Assembly: GCA_963735785.1 (NCBI GenBank)
Contig: CAVTMH010000001.1
Span: 161,444-225,443 of the forward strand
Direction of reading: 5' to 3'
Origin: an uncultured Chloroflexia bacterium
Lineage (GTDB): Bacteria; Chloroflexota; Limnocylindria; Limnocylindrales; CSP1-4
Length of the DNA: 64,000 bases
A program made the position numbers and the translations under genes. Of the stretch, positions 8,171 through 17,787 are shown in pieces (the stretch's first letter is position 1; each line of letters opens with the position of its first letter). The notes beneath the pieces are model-generated. The model saw only the letters and a list, made by a program, of their open reading frames with translations. It did not search any database and was not told the origin of the DNA.

Positions 8171-9913
8171 TTACCGGTCGTCGGCGAGGCGCCATGTTAG
8201 CACATCCCAGAATCGATCCGAGGGGTCCGAGGCCTGCCGCAGGACCGGTCCTTCGAGCGTGTCGTGGACCACCACGACCTCGTCCGCGAAGGCCAGCGGG
8301 AGCAGGTAGCGACCCGCCGCGAGCCGTTTCTGCAGGGCGCTGTAGGCGGTCTTTCGGGCGGCGTCCGTGCCGGGCGCGCGGGCCTTCGCCAGCAGCGCAT
8401 CGAGCTCGGGGTCCTGGACGCCCATGACGTTCGATCCGCCCGTCAGCGTCTGGCTCGACGCGAGCAGCGGGTACAGATCCGGGTCGAGCCCGAGGGTCAC
8501 GTCGGCCACCGCGACCTGGTACGTGCCGGTGGCGAGCCGATCGGTCACGAACTCGGCCGGTGGCAGCGGGACATGGGTGACCTTCAGCCCGAGCGACGTC
8601 CAGTTTCGAACGACCCCCTCGGCCGCCGCGAACAATGCGGGGTTCGTCGTCTGGGTCGGACTGATGACCTCGACAGCCAGCGGCTTCTTCGCGCTCGGGA
8701 GGTACCAGCCATCGTCCTTGCGCGCCCACCCGGCCGTGGTCAGCGCCTTGCTCGCGGCCTTGCGGTCGTACGGGATGACGGGGTCGGCCGCGGGATCGAA
8801 CAGCGGCGACGACGGCGGGATCGGGCCGGTGGCGCTCGCCGCGGACATCGCGTAGGCGGTGTCGATGAGCCCGGCACGGTCGATCGACTGGAACAGGGCC
8901 GTCCGGACCGCGGCCGATGCGAACTCCGGATGGCTCGGTCGAAGGTTGAGCAGGACCGTCGTCAGCGTCGCGCCGGGATAGCGCAGCAGGCGCGCCCCGG
9001 GATCCGCTGCCAGCTCGGCCGCCTGCTGGCGCGTCACGCCCGAGACGCCATCGAGCGTGTTCGCGCGGAAGTCCGCGGCGAGCTTCGACGGATCGGTGTA
9101 GTAGCGGAACTCGATGCCGGACAGGTACGGCTGTGGCCGGGACGGGCGTAGGGTGGGTGGCGGGGTGGTGAGCGAGTCGGTCGGGGCCGGGGCGGTCGGG
9201 CTGCCGGACGCCTCTTCCTCGGCCGGCCCGAAATCCCCGGCCGGCACGAGCGAGGCGGACCGATCGGTGAGCTCGACGAGCGCGAACGGCCCCGAGCCGA
9301 CCGGCTGGCGCCCGAAGGTGTCGTCCGCGAGGTCATCGATCGGGATGTCGGCGAGCAGATGGGCGGGCGCCAGGGGCTGGGTCAACGCCTGCAGGAAGCC
9401 ACCCAGCGGCGTCTCGAGCGTGAAGGTGACCCGCTGCGGCCCGCTGGCGGCGACCTCCACCTCGCTCCAGGACGTCGATGACGGACCGCTGTAGGCGGGA
9501 TCCTGGAGCGCCCGGATCGTGAACAGGACGTCCTCGGCGGTCACGGGCTGACCGTCGTGCCAACGCGCGTCCTCGCGCAGGTCGACGGTCCAGGCGGTGC
9601 CGGCTTCGTTGACCGACCAGCCTTCCGCGAGGTCGGGGACGACCGTCCCCTGCGGTCCGTTGCGCAGGAGACCCGAGAAGAGCAGCGCGACAAGGTCCCG
9701 ATCGACCTGGGTCCGGGCGGTCAGCGGCGTGACGGACCCCGGGGCACCGAGCGCGCCCTCGATGTACGGGCGTGTCTGCGCCGCCTGGGCACTCGCGCTC
9801 GGCAAGGGCGTCGAGGAGGCGGAGAGCTGGAGGGCCGGGACACCGATCAGGCCCGCGATGAGTGCGAGCAACAGGACAAGGGCTCCGACCACGAACGTAT
9901 CGGTTCGGGTCAT
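8171..9913 (-). CDS. ABC-transporter substrate-binding protein, family 5 (peptide/nickel type), secreted
   Basis: ATG at 9913 gives MTRTDTFVVGALVLLLALIAGLIG..., a signal/anchor sequence. The body has SBP_bac_5-like blocks (WHDGQPVTAEDVLFT..., TFTLE..., GPF.L). The 60 extra ORF-track codons upstream are Arg/Cys/Ser-rich and overlap secG. No permease or ATPase genes are adjacent. Confidence 0.75.
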   Translation of the reverse strand: MTRTDTFVVGALVLLLALIAGLIGVPALQLSASSTPLPSASAQAAQTRPYIEGALGAPGSVTPLTARTQVDRDLVALLFSGLLRNGPQGTVVPDLAEGWSVNEAGTAWTVDLREDARWHDGQPVTAEDVLFTIRALQDPAYSGPSSTSWSEVEVAASGPQRVTFTLETPLGGFLQALTQPLAPAHLLADIPIDDLADDTFGRQPVGSGPFALVELTDRSASLVPAGDFGPAEEEASGSPTAPAPTDSLTTPPPTLRPSRPQPYLSGIEFRYYTDPSKLAADFRANTLDGVSGVTRQQAAELAADPGARLLRYPGATLTTVLLNLRPSHPEFASAAVRTALFQSIDRAGLIDTAYAMSAASATGPIPPSSPLFDPAADPVIPYDRKAASKALTTAGWARKDDGWYLPSAKKPLAVEVISPTQTTNPALFAAAEGVVRNWTSLGLKVTHVPLPPAEFVTDRLATGTYQVAVADVTLGLDPDLYPLLASSQTLTGGSNVMGVQDPELDALLAKARAPGTDAARKTAYSALQKRLAAGRYLLPLAFADEVVVVHDTLEGPVLRQASDPSDRFWDVLTWRLADDR

Positions 9914-9959
9914 GTGGCTCCGTGCTGGAGCGCCGCGGATCGCCGCCGCGGCGCGGCCG

Positions 9960-10196
9960 TCAGGCGGCGGTCGTGCTGGGTGCGAGGATGAAGGACACCA
10001 GCGAGAAGGCGACGAACAGGCCCAGCAGGACGATCGTGAACTGCCACAACCGTCGCTCCACGCCGCGACGGCTCCGGTACACCGCGGAATCACCGCCGAA
10101 GGTGCCGGACAGGCCGGTGCCGCGTGCCTGGAGCAGGATCGCGGCGATCAGCGCGATGCTGACGATGATCTGGCCGAGGGCCAGGATGGGGTTCAC
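9960..10196 (-). CDS. secG: preprotein translocase subunit SecG
   Basis: 78 aa with two TM helices and the LLQ..G.GLSGTFGG motif. It sits in the conserved tpiA-secG neighbourhood. Confidence 0.85.
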   Translation of the reverse strand: MNPILALGQIIVSIALIAAILLQARGTGLSGTFGGDSAVYRSRRGVERRLWQFTIVLLGLFVAFSLVSFILAPSTTAA

Positions 10197-10233
10197 GAGT
10201 TAGAGACCTCCGTTCGTTCGGCGGCCGATGCTA

Positions 10234-11856
10234 TCACAGGAGGGGCGGTCGTCCCCCGCCGCCCGCCAGGAGCGAGCGACCGGTCATGCCGGCCCAGGCC
10301 GGCAGGCCGGCAAGCTCCAGCACGGTCGGCGCGACGTCCGCGAGCACGCCGTCGACGAGGCGCCGTCCGGCGACGGAGCGCCCGATCAGGACGAACGGCA
10401 CGGGGTTGAGGGAATGCGCGGTGACGGGCCGTCCCTCCGTGTCGAGCAGGTCGTCGGCGTTGCCGTGGTCCGCCGTGACAGCCAGGATCGCTCCGGGGCC
10501 ACCCGGGTCCGCGGCCTCGATGCGTCCGATGGCCTCGACCACCCGCGCGAGGCACCCATCGATCACCTCGAGCGCCTCGAGCGTCGCGCTCCAGACGCCC
10601 GTGTGCCCGACCATGTCCGGGTTCGCATAGTTCGCCACGATGAAGTCGTACTCGCCGGACCCGATGGCCTCGACCAGTGCATCCGTGACCCCCTCGGCGG
10701 CCATCGCCGGCGCGAGGTCATACGTGGCGACCTTGAGGCTCGGGATCAGGCGGCGGTCCTCGCCGGGCCAGGGCGTCTCCACCCCGCCGTTGAAGAAGTA
10801 CGTGACATGCGCGTACTTCTCCGTCTCTGCCACGTGGAACTGTCGCCAACCGGCCTCGCTCAGGGATTGGGCCAGCGAGCGGGCAGTCTCGGGCGGGAAG
10901 GCGACGAGCACCGGCAGGCCGGCCTCGTACTCCGTCATGGTCACCACGAGCAGGTCGGCAGGCGCCGGACGGCCCCCCGGCGAGGTGCGGTCGAACCCCT
11001 CGAACGTCGGTCCGACCGCCAGGGCATGGGTCAGCTGGCGAGCCCGGTCGGCGCGGAAGTTGGCGACGATGATCGGCGCGCTTGGCGCCACGGGGAGCCC
11101 CCATCCCTCGATGACCGTGGGCGTGACGAACTCGTCGGTCTCGCCGCGTTCGTCGGCGGCGTCGATGGCGGCGGTCGCGGACGGGGCTTGAAACGCCGCT
11201 TCTGCATGGACGATGGCGTCGTAGCCGGCCTGCACCCGCTCCCATCGCCGGTCGCGATCCATCGCGAAGTAGCGCCCGCCGACGGTCGCGATCCGGGCCG
11301 CCGGATGGGCAGCGGCGAGCCGTCGCTCGAGGTCCATGAGGTAGCCGCGCGCCGAGGACGGCGGGGTATCCCGCCCGTCCAGGAGGGCGTGGACGCGCAC
11401 GGCGCCGACATCCTCTCGCACGGCGAGCTCGGCGAGCGCGACGAGGTGGCGGTCGTTGGCATGCACGCCACCAGGACCGATCAGGCTGACGACATGGAGG
11501 ATGCCGCCGGTCGCCCGGGCGCGCTCGCACGCGACCAGCAGCGCCGGCGTCTCGAAGAACGTGCCGTCGTCGATCGCCGCATCGATCCGCGGGAGATCCT
11601 GGAGGACGGGGCGGCCGGCCCCCAGGTTCAGGTGGCCCACCTCGGAATTTCCCATCTGGCCGGGCGGCAGGCCGACCGCCTCCTCGGACGCGCGGAGCAC
11701 GCTGTGCGGCCAGCCCGCGAGCAACCCGCGCCAGGTCGGCATGGGGGCCGCCGCGATGGCGTCCCCAGGTCCGCCGTCCCCGACCCCGAAGCCGTCGAGG
11801 ACGACCAGCACGATGGGCCGTGGCCGCAACGACGCAATCCGGGCGATCTCCGTCAC
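10234..11856 (-). CDS. gpmI: 2,3-bisphosphoglycerate-independent phosphoglycerate mutase
   Basis: GTG at 11856, 8 nt after the tpiA stop. It reads PIVLVVLDGFGVGD...GQMGNSEVGHLNLGAGR...ADHGNAD, which are iPGM signatures. The ORF-track N-terminal 142 codons overlap tpiA and are Arg/Gly-rich noise. Confidence 0.9.
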   Translation of the reverse strand: MTEIARIASLRPRPIVLVVLDGFGVGDGGPGDAIAAAPMPTWRGLLAGWPHSVLRASEEAVGLPPGQMGNSEVGHLNLGAGRPVLQDLPRIDAAIDDGTFFETPALLVACERARATGGILHVVSLIGPGGVHANDRHLVALAELAVREDVGAVRVHALLDGRDTPPSSARGYLMDLERRLAAAHPAARIATVGGRYFAMDRDRRWERVQAGYDAIVHAEAAFQAPSATAAIDAADERGETDEFVTPTVIEGWGLPVAPSAPIIVANFRADRARQLTHALAVGPTFEGFDRTSPGGRPAPADLLVVTMTEYEAGLPVLVAFPPETARSLAQSLSEAGWRQFHVAETEKYAHVTYFFNGGVETPWPGEDRRLIPSLKVATYDLAPAMAAEGVTDALVEAIGSGEYDFIVANYANPDMVGHTGVWSATLEALEVIDGCLARVVEAIGRIEAADPGGPGAILAVTADHGNADDLLDTEGRPVTAHSLNPVPFVLIGRSVAGRRLVDGVLADVAPTVLELAGLPAWAGMTGRSLLAGGGGRPPLL

Positions 11857-11864
11857 GCGCCGGA

Positions 11865-12656
11865 TCAGCCGGCCAGGCCGCGAGCACGGGCGGTGATCCC
11901 GGCCCGGGCCACGATCCCCGCCATCTCGTCGGGCTTGAGCGCTGCCCCTCCCACGAGGGCCCCGTCGATCGATGGCTCGGCGAGGAACGCATCGATGTTG
12001 CCCGAGGTGACGCTCCCGCCGTACAGGATCGGCACGGTGGCGGCAGCTCGATCCCAGCCCAACACGCCGAGGCTCGAGCGGATGGCGTCCGCCATCGCGG
12101 CGGCGTCGGCACCGGTCGCGTTGCGCCCCGTCCCGATGGCCCACACCGGTTCGTAGGCGATGACCATACCGCGCCCCGCGGGGCTGTCCACATCGTGACC
12201 GGTCAATGCCCCACGCAGCTGTCGCTCGACGACCTGCGTCGCCTCCCCGGCCTCCCGCTCCCCGAAGTGCTCGCCGACGCACAGGATGGGGCGGAGGCCG
12301 GCGTCCATGGCCCGACCCAGCTTGCGCCCGATCAGCTCGTCCGTCTCGCCGGCGTCCCGCCGGCGCTCCGAGTGGCCGACGATCACCCAGGTCGCGAGGC
12401 CGTCGAGCATGGGCGCCGAGACCTCCCCCGTGTACGCGCCGGCCAGCTCGTGGTGAACGTTCTGGGCACCGACCGCGACATCGGGGTCGGCCTCGGCGAG
12501 AGCCGCCCCCACCGCGGCCAGGCAGACGAACGGCGGACAGATCACCCGCGTGACCCCTGGCTCGCGCGTGCGTGCCGCGATCGTCCGTGCCAATTCGCCC
12601 GCGTCCGACGGCGTGGTGTGCATCTTCCAGTTGGCGGCGATCACGACCTCACGCAT
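11865..12656 (-). CDS. tpiA: triosephosphate isomerase
   Basis: 263 aa with VIAANWKMH..., VIVGHSERR and AYEPVWAIGTG catalytic motifs. Confidence 0.95.
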   Translation of the reverse strand: MREVVIAANWKMHTTPSDAGELARTIAARTREPGVTRVICPPFVCLAAVGAALAEADPDVAVGAQNVHHELAGAYTGEVSAPMLDGLATWVIVGHSERRRDAGETDELIGRKLGRAMDAGLRPILCVGEHFGEREAGEATQVVERQLRGALTGHDVDSPAGRGMVIAYEPVWAIGTGRNATGADAAAMADAIRSSLGVLGWDRAAATVPILYGGSVTSGNIDAFLAEPSIDGALVGGAALKPDEMAGIVARAGITARARGLAG

Positions 12657-13488
12657 GCGCGCGCAACATCCCGGAGGGCCGGGCCCCCGAAGGCTCCGGC
12701 GGGGTCGAGGGCGGCATCGCGGGCGGCGCAGGATCGGCCTCCGCGAGACGCTCGATACGTTCGAGGGCGCGCTGGACGGCCGAGCGGTGGAGGTCCAGCC
12801 GTTCGGCGAGCTCGGTCAGGGTCGCCTCCGGCGTCTCGCGGCGGGCGTCGGCGATCAGCCGCACCACGTATGGCTGCTCGGGCATCCGCCCGTCGGCGTC
12901 GAGCACGGCGATCGCGTCGAGCTGGCGACCGGCTGCGGCGACCGCCCGCTGGAGGTTGGCCGATTCGGCGTTGAGGACCCGGTTGAGCTCGCCGCGCAAG
13001 GCCCTCGAGACCTGGCGGGCCTCGAGCTCGAGGAGCGCACCGGCCGCGCCGATCCGGCGCAGGAACGTCCCGACGGCCTCGCTGCTCTTCCACGTCACGA
13101 CGCCTCGCCCGCGGCGAAGCCGCCACGACGCCGGCAACCCAACCTCGCGAAGGCGCTCGGCGAGCACGGGTGCGTCGTCCGGCGGCACGACGAACTCCAG
13201 GTGCGTCCGGCCGCCCGCCAGGCTCAGCGACCCGCGTGCCAGGAACCGCCCGCGCAGCCAGGCGGTGCGGCAGTGCTCGGCGGCCGTCGACCAGTCGAAC
13301 GGCGCGGCGCTCGCCTCTTCTCTCGCCCGGCGCAGCCGCACGGCCAGCCGCGCCACGGCGGGTTCCCGGGCTCCCACCTCGCTGCCCAGCCCGGCCGCTT
13401 CGGCGAGCCGGTCGCACGAGCGGGCCGGATCGACCGCCGCGAGCTCGTTGCGCAGGGCCGTGACGAGGTCCCGTTCGGAGCGCGTCAC
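12649..13488 (-). CDS. whiA: DNA-binding protein WhiA
   Basis: The body is LAGLIDADG-like with a C-terminal HTH (...LTELAERLDLHRSAVQRALERIERLAE), in the conserved yvcK-whiA position. GTG at 13488 lies 1 nt after the yvcK stop. An ATG at 13611 would overlap yvcK by 120 nt, so the start is uncertain. Confidence 0.8.
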   Translation of the reverse strand: MTRSERDLVTALRNELAAVDPARSCDRLAEAAGLGSEVGAREPAVARLAVRLRRAREEASAAPFDWSTAAEHCRTAWLRGRFLARGSLSLAGGRTHLEFVVPPDDAPVLAERLREVGLPASWRLRRGRGVVTWKSSEAVGTFLRRIGAAGALLELEARQVSRALRGELNRVLNAESANLQRAVAAAGRQLDAIAVLDADGRMPEQPYVVRLIADARRETPEATLTELAERLDLHRSAVQRALERIERLAEADPAPPAMPPSTPPEPSGARPSGMLRAHA

Positions 13489-13489
13489 C

Positions 13490-14827
13490 TCAAGCCGTCC
13501 GTCCGACGGTCCGGCGGCGGGTCGCGGTCTCGGCTTCGAGCGCCCGCATGATGGTGGCGGCCAGGCGGGCCGGATCATGGTGTCGGGCGTTGCCGGCATC
13601 GACCACGTCATCGAGGATCAGCCTGGGCACCGGCTGGACCGAGGCCGGCGGCCAGTGGAGGTCGACGGTCTCTGCCGCGGCCTCACCCGGGATGCGCGCC
13701 GCCGATCGATTGTTGGCCACGACCACATCGACGAGACCCGGCGCGGTATGCGCGATCAGCGCCTCGACGTGGGCGGCGAGGTCGAGGCCGGTCGTCTCGC
13801 CATCCTGGGTCGCGACGTTGCAGACGTACAGGCGGGGCGCCGTCGCGCTGATCAACGCGTCGCGGATCGCCGGCAGGAGCAGGCTCGGCAGCAGGCTCGT
13901 GTACAGGCTCCCGGGGCCCAGCACGATGAGCTCGGCGTCGGTGATGGCGGCAAGCGCGTCCCCCGACGCATCGACACCCTCGGGGGTGATCCACACCCGC
14001 TCGATGTCGGCCGTGCGCATGATGATCGACTGTCCGTCGACCACGGAGCCGTCACGGCACCGAGCGTGCAGGGTGAGGGGTGTCGCCGTGACCGGCACGA
14101 CCTTGCCACGGACGGCCAGGATCCGGTTGATACGGCGGACGCCCTCCTCGAAGTCGCCGCCCTCGATCGCCGTCATCGCGGCGAGCAGGAGGTTGCCGAG
14201 GGCGTGGCCGGCGAGGCCCGGTCCCTCCCTCGACGGGGTCGCCGTGTCCGCGACCGGGAACCGGTACTGGAGCAGCTCGTTCATCAATGGCTCGGCATCG
14301 GCAAGGGCGGCGATGCAGTTGCGGATGTCGCCGACCGGGGGGATGCCGAGCTCCGTCCGCAATACTCCGGACGATCCCCCGTCGTCCGCCACGGTCACTA
14401 CCGCGGTCAGGTTGCTGGTGTGCTCCTTGAGCCCGCGGAGGAGCGTGGAGAGCCCGGTCCCGCCGCCGATCGCCACGATGCGCGGGCCGCGCGCCAGGAA
14501 CCGCTTCTGGTAGATGACCTCGACGAGTGGTTGATCGGGATCGGAGGTCCGCAAAGGGTCCGTGACGACGCGCATCGCCCGATAGGCACCAAGCACCAGC
14601 AGCCCGACGCCGATCGATCCGACGATGAACCCGCGCAGCGGATACGGCAGGAACTGCAGGGTCGCGATGTCGATGAGCGCACCCGCCGGCCCACCGGGTT
14701 CGAGGTCGCGCGAGACCTGGCGGATCAGGTGCGCGAACGCCAACGCCAGCAGGAGCAACCCGAGGAACAGGACCAGCAGCCAGCGCTTGACGCCGATCCC
14801 GGGGGTCAGCCACCGGCGGAGGTTCAC
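13490..14827 (-). CDS. yvcK: YvcK/CofD-like gluconeogenesis-factor family protein with N-terminal membrane anchor
   Basis: RIVAIGGGTGLSTLLRGLK...VVTVADDGGSSG.LR...PPVGDIRNCI is the UPF0052/YvcK core. It has a 4-bp overlap with rapZ upstream. Confidence 0.9.
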   Translation of the reverse strand: MNLRRWLTPGIGVKRWLLVLFLGLLLLALAFAHLIRQVSRDLEPGGPAGALIDIATLQFLPYPLRGFIVGSIGVGLLVLGAYRAMRVVTDPLRTSDPDQPLVEVIYQKRFLARGPRIVAIGGGTGLSTLLRGLKEHTSNLTAVVTVADDGGSSGVLRTELGIPPVGDIRNCIAALADAEPLMNELLQYRFPVADTATPSREGPGLAGHALGNLLLAAMTAIEGGDFEEGVRRINRILAVRGKVVPVTATPLTLHARCRDGSVVDGQSIIMRTADIERVWITPEGVDASGDALAAITDAELIVLGPGSLYTSLLPSLLLPAIRDALISATAPRLYVCNVATQDGETTGLDLAAHVEALIAHTAPGLVDVVVANNRSAARIPGEAAAETVDLHWPPASVQPVPRLILDDVVDAGNARHHDPARLAATIMRALEAETATRRRTVGRTA

Positions 14828-15729
14828 GCCCGATCCAGCTCGCGGTGGAAGACCGCGACCGGCCCGGTGTCCCGAGCGCGCAGCCAGCCTGCCAGCTCCT
14901 CGGCGAGGACGATGCTGCGGTGGTAGCCCCCGGTACAGCCGATGCCGATCGTCAGGCGCGTCTTTCCCTCGGCGATGTAGGCCGGGATCGAGAACTCGAG
15001 GAAGTCGCGCAGCAGGTCGAGGAACTTGCTCGTCACGGGCTGGTCCAGGACGTAGGAACGGACCTCGTCGGTCAGCCCGGAGCGCGGACGCAGGTCCGGC
15101 ACGTAGTACGGGTTGGCGATGAAGCGCACGTCGAACACCAGGTCGGACTCCAGCGGGATCCCGAACTTGTAGCCGAAGCTGATCAGCTGAACGGCGAGCT
15201 GGTCCGGGCGCGCCGTCGTGGCGAGCTGGGCGAACAGCCGCTCGCGCAGCTGGCGCAACGATAGATCGGACGTGTCGACGATGACATCCGCCTCGGCCCG
15301 GACCGGATCGAGGATCCGTCGCTCCTCCGCGATCGAGCTCGCGATGCCGCGATGGTCGCTCAGGGGATGGCGGTGCCGGGTCTCGCTGAATCGGCGGATC
15401 AGGACGTCGTCGCGTGCCTCGAGGAACACGATGCGCGGCAGGATGCCCCGACCTTCCAGGGCTCCGCGCATGGCTGCGAGCGCGAGGGTCGCGTCGCCGG
15501 AACGCACGTCGACCACGATCGCGACCCGGGCGAACCGTCCGCGGTCCGACGACACGAGCTCTGCCAGCTCCGGCAGGAGCTCACCTGGGAGGTTGTCCAC
15601 CACGGTGTAGCCGAGGTCCTCGAACAGCTTCGCGGCCGCCGTCTTGCCCCCACCCGACAGCCCGGACAGGATCACGACCGCCTGCTCCGCGGCTCCGTCG
15701 CTGACGGGTGCCTCCGCGGGCTCGGTCAC
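14824..15729 (-). CDS. rapZ: RNase adapter / nucleotide-binding protein RapZ (YvcJ)
   Basis: GTG at 15729 forms a GTGA overlap with the tatC stop. It has the P-loop VVILSGLSGGGKTAAAKLFEDLGY.VVDNLP and the C-terminal GCTGGYHRS motif. Confidence 0.9.
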   Translation of the reverse strand: MTEPAEAPVSDGAAEQAVVILSGLSGGGKTAAAKLFEDLGYTVVDNLPGELLPELAELVSSDRGRFARVAIVVDVRSGDATLALAAMRGALEGRGILPRIVFLEARDDVLIRRFSETRHRHPLSDHRGIASSIAEERRILDPVRAEADVIVDTSDLSLRQLRERLFAQLATTARPDQLAVQLISFGYKFGIPLESDLVFDVRFIANPYYVPDLRPRSGLTDEVRSYVLDQPVTSKFLDLLRDFLEFSIPAYIAEGKTRLTIGIGCTGGYHRSIVLAEELAGWLRARDTGPVAVFHRELDRA

Positions 15730-16508
15730 CGGCCCGTGCGCTTGATGAACAGGACCGTGGCCTCGAACAGCAGGTACATGGTCCCGCCCAGCACGAACGG
15801 GCTCACGAGGTCGCCGCCCGGCGTCGCGATCGCCGAGAAGATGGCGATGCCCAGGATCACGTAGCGGCGCGCCTGGCGCAGCCGGTCGGAGCTCAGGATG
15901 CCGACCCGTGAGAGTCCGACCAACAGGATCGGGAACTCCATCACGAGGCCGAAGGCCAGGAACGTCGTCGTGACGAAGTCGAAGAAGGGGCCCGCGGCGA
16001 CGTTCTCGACCAGCCGCTCGTCGTTGAAGCTGAACAGGAAGGACAGCGCGTACGGCAGGACCACGTAGGCGATGCCGACGCCGAGGGCGAAGAAAACGAG
16101 AGCCAGCGGCACCCACGGCCGGACGGTCTTGCGCTCCGCGGGGGTCAGCCCGGGCGCGATGAAGGCCCAGACCTGGTACAGGATCACCGGCATCGCCAGG
16201 ATGATCCCGATCACGAGCGAGATCCGCAGCTGGATGGCGAAGCCGTCGCCCGGCCCGAGCGTCTGCGCGGTCCCGTCCGGCAACAGGTCGAGCAGGTAGT
16301 TGCGCACGGTCTCGGCCAAAACGAAGCCGACGGCGCCACCGGCGACGACCGCGAGGATGATCCGGAACAGGCGGTCACGCAGCTCACCAAGGTGGTCGAC
16401 GAGCGACATGACCGAGCCATCGGGCGCGGTCGCGGGTGGGGGATTCGGTTCGGGGGTCACCGGGACGCCCGGGATCGTGGCGTCGCGCAGGGCGTCGGCG
16501 TCGGCCAT
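15726..16508 (-). CDS. tatC: twin-arginine translocase subunit TatC
   Basis: 260 aa, six TM helices, the HL.ELR.RL N-terminal motif, and adjacent tatA. Confidence 0.9.
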   Translation of the reverse strand: MADADALRDATIPGVPVTPEPNPPPATAPDGSVMSLVDHLGELRDRLFRIILAVVAGGAVGFVLAETVRNYLLDLLPDGTAQTLGPGDGFAIQLRISLVIGIILAMPVILYQVWAFIAPGLTPAERKTVRPWVPLALVFFALGVGIAYVVLPYALSFLFSFNDERLVENVAAGPFFDFVTTTFLAFGLVMEFPILLVGLSRVGILSSDRLRQARRYVILGIAIFSAIATPGGDLVSPFVLGGTMYLLFEATVLFIKRTGR

Positions 16509-16529
16509 CGCGGGCGGGTGCGCCGGTCC

Positions 16530-16838
16530 CTAATTGGTGCCGGGCGTCGGCTCGCTGGGGCGCGGTCCGGTCGAGGGGGAGGTCGGGACCACCGGGGCAC
16601 CGGGCAGGTCGGCCGCGTGCGGGGCCACGGCCGGGGCGGGTGTCGGCGGTTCCTGCTGCGCCGGCGGCAGCGGCGAAGTATCCACCTTCATGGAGTCCCC
16701 GAGATCGGAGGACGCCTTGCGGAATTCACGGATGCTCTTGCCGAGCGCCGACCCGACGTCGGGCAGCTTCCCCGGACCGAGGATCAGCAGGGCGATGACG
16801 AGGATGATGACGAGTTCGAGAGGTCCTGGTGTCGGCAT
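16530..16838 (-). CDS. tatA: twin-arginine translocase subunit TatA/E
   Basis: LELVIILVIALLILGPGKLPDVGSALGKSIREFRK is the TatA TM-hinge-amphipathic helix signature, followed by a Pro-rich tail. Confidence 0.9.
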   Translation of the reverse strand: MPTPGPLELVIILVIALLILGPGKLPDVGSALGKSIREFRKASSDLGDSMKVDTSPLPPAQQEPPTPAPAVAPHAADLPGAPVVPTSPSTGPRPSEPTPGTN

Positions 16839-16872
16839 GGCGGAGGTTCCTCAGATAGGTTTGCCGCGGCGG

Positions 16873-17787
16873 CTAGGGTAGCACAGGGAGTCGGGCGGCC
16901 CAGTCGGCGGCGGCTGCTCGGACACGCTCGAAAGGGTCGCCGCTTCCGGTGGCGATCGCGGCCCCGGCGATGCCCCTCGAGACGTTGACCAGCAGTCCGC
17001 GGCCGGGCCGTCCGGTCGCGGGTCCGGCCTGCGTCGGGCCGTGCTCGAGGACCGGCCCGAGCGCGCCACCCTGGGCGCCGAGGCCGGGCACGAGGAACGG
17101 CAGTTCGGGTGCGATCGCGCGGATGCGCTCCAGCTCCCCGGGCGCGGTGGCACCGACCACGAGACCGACGGTCCCGCCCGGCCCCCAACCGGTCGCCAGC
17201 CGAGCGACACGGGCGTGGAGCGGCTCGGCCGGGCGGTCGGTCGCCGGGTCCGCGTCGACGACGAGGTCCTGGAGTTCGCCCGCACCCGGGTTCGAGGTGC
17301 GGCAGAGCAGGTACGCGAACCGGTCGGCGCGCTCGAGGAGCGGGGCGACCGCCTCGGATCCGAGGTACGGGTTGACGGTGACGGCGTCGGCCCCGAGCTG
17401 GTCAAAGAGCGCCGTCGCGAGGCGAGCCGCCGTGGAGCCGATGTCGCCGCGCTTGGCATCGGCGACGACCGGGACGTCGGCCGGCACGGCCGCGCGGACG
17501 CGTTCGAGTGCCGCGTAGCCCGCCGAGCCGTAGGCTTCGAAGAACGCCAGGTTCGGCTTGACCGCCGCCGCCCATGGCACGGCCGCTTCGAGCAGCAGCA
17601 CGGTGAACCGCTCCAGGCCAGCGAGATCGCGCCCGAAGCCCGCCGGCATCGCATCCGGGTCGGGGTCCAGGCCCAGGCAGAGCACCGTCCCGATCGCTTC
17701 CGACCGTGTGCCGAGCCGCTCGAGGTATGTCGATCCGGCGGCCCGGGCGTCCGTCGCGCGCTCCTGCTCGCGGCCCCCGGCGATCAC
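16873..17787 (-). CDS. pyrF: orotidine-5'-phosphate decarboxylase (type 2)
   Basis: GTG at 17787 forms a GTGA overlap with the stop of the upstream propeller gene. It contains LCLGLDPD, KPNLAFFE, VVADAKRGDIGSTA and LLCRTSNPG motifs. Confidence 0.85.
   Translation of the reverse strand: MIAGGREQERATDARAAGSTYLERLGTRSEAIGTVLCLGLDPDPDAMPAGFGRDLAGLERFTVLLLEAAVPWAAAVKPNLAFFEAYGSAGYAALERVRAAVPADVPVVADAKRGDIGSTAARLATALFDQLGADAVTVNPYLGSEAVAPLLERADRFAYLLCRTSNPGAGELQDLVVDADPATDRPAEPLHARVARLATGWGPGGTVGLVVGATAPGELERIRAIAPELPFLVPGLGAQGGALGPVLEHGPTQAGPATGRPGRGLLVNVSRGIAGAAIATGSGDPFERVRAAAADWAARLPVLP

Noticed and set aside
10234-12282. N-terminal extensions of gpmI (and likewise rapZ 14824-16116, ABC-F 51958-54267, SBP 8171-10093, coaE 51279-52022, 5'-nucleotidase 27120-29024)
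   Set aside because: The extensions overlap the preceding gene in another frame, are Arg/Gly/Pro-rich, and precede obvious conserved N-termini or signal peptides. Internal GTG/ATG starts adjacent to the upstream stop or an SD were preferred.
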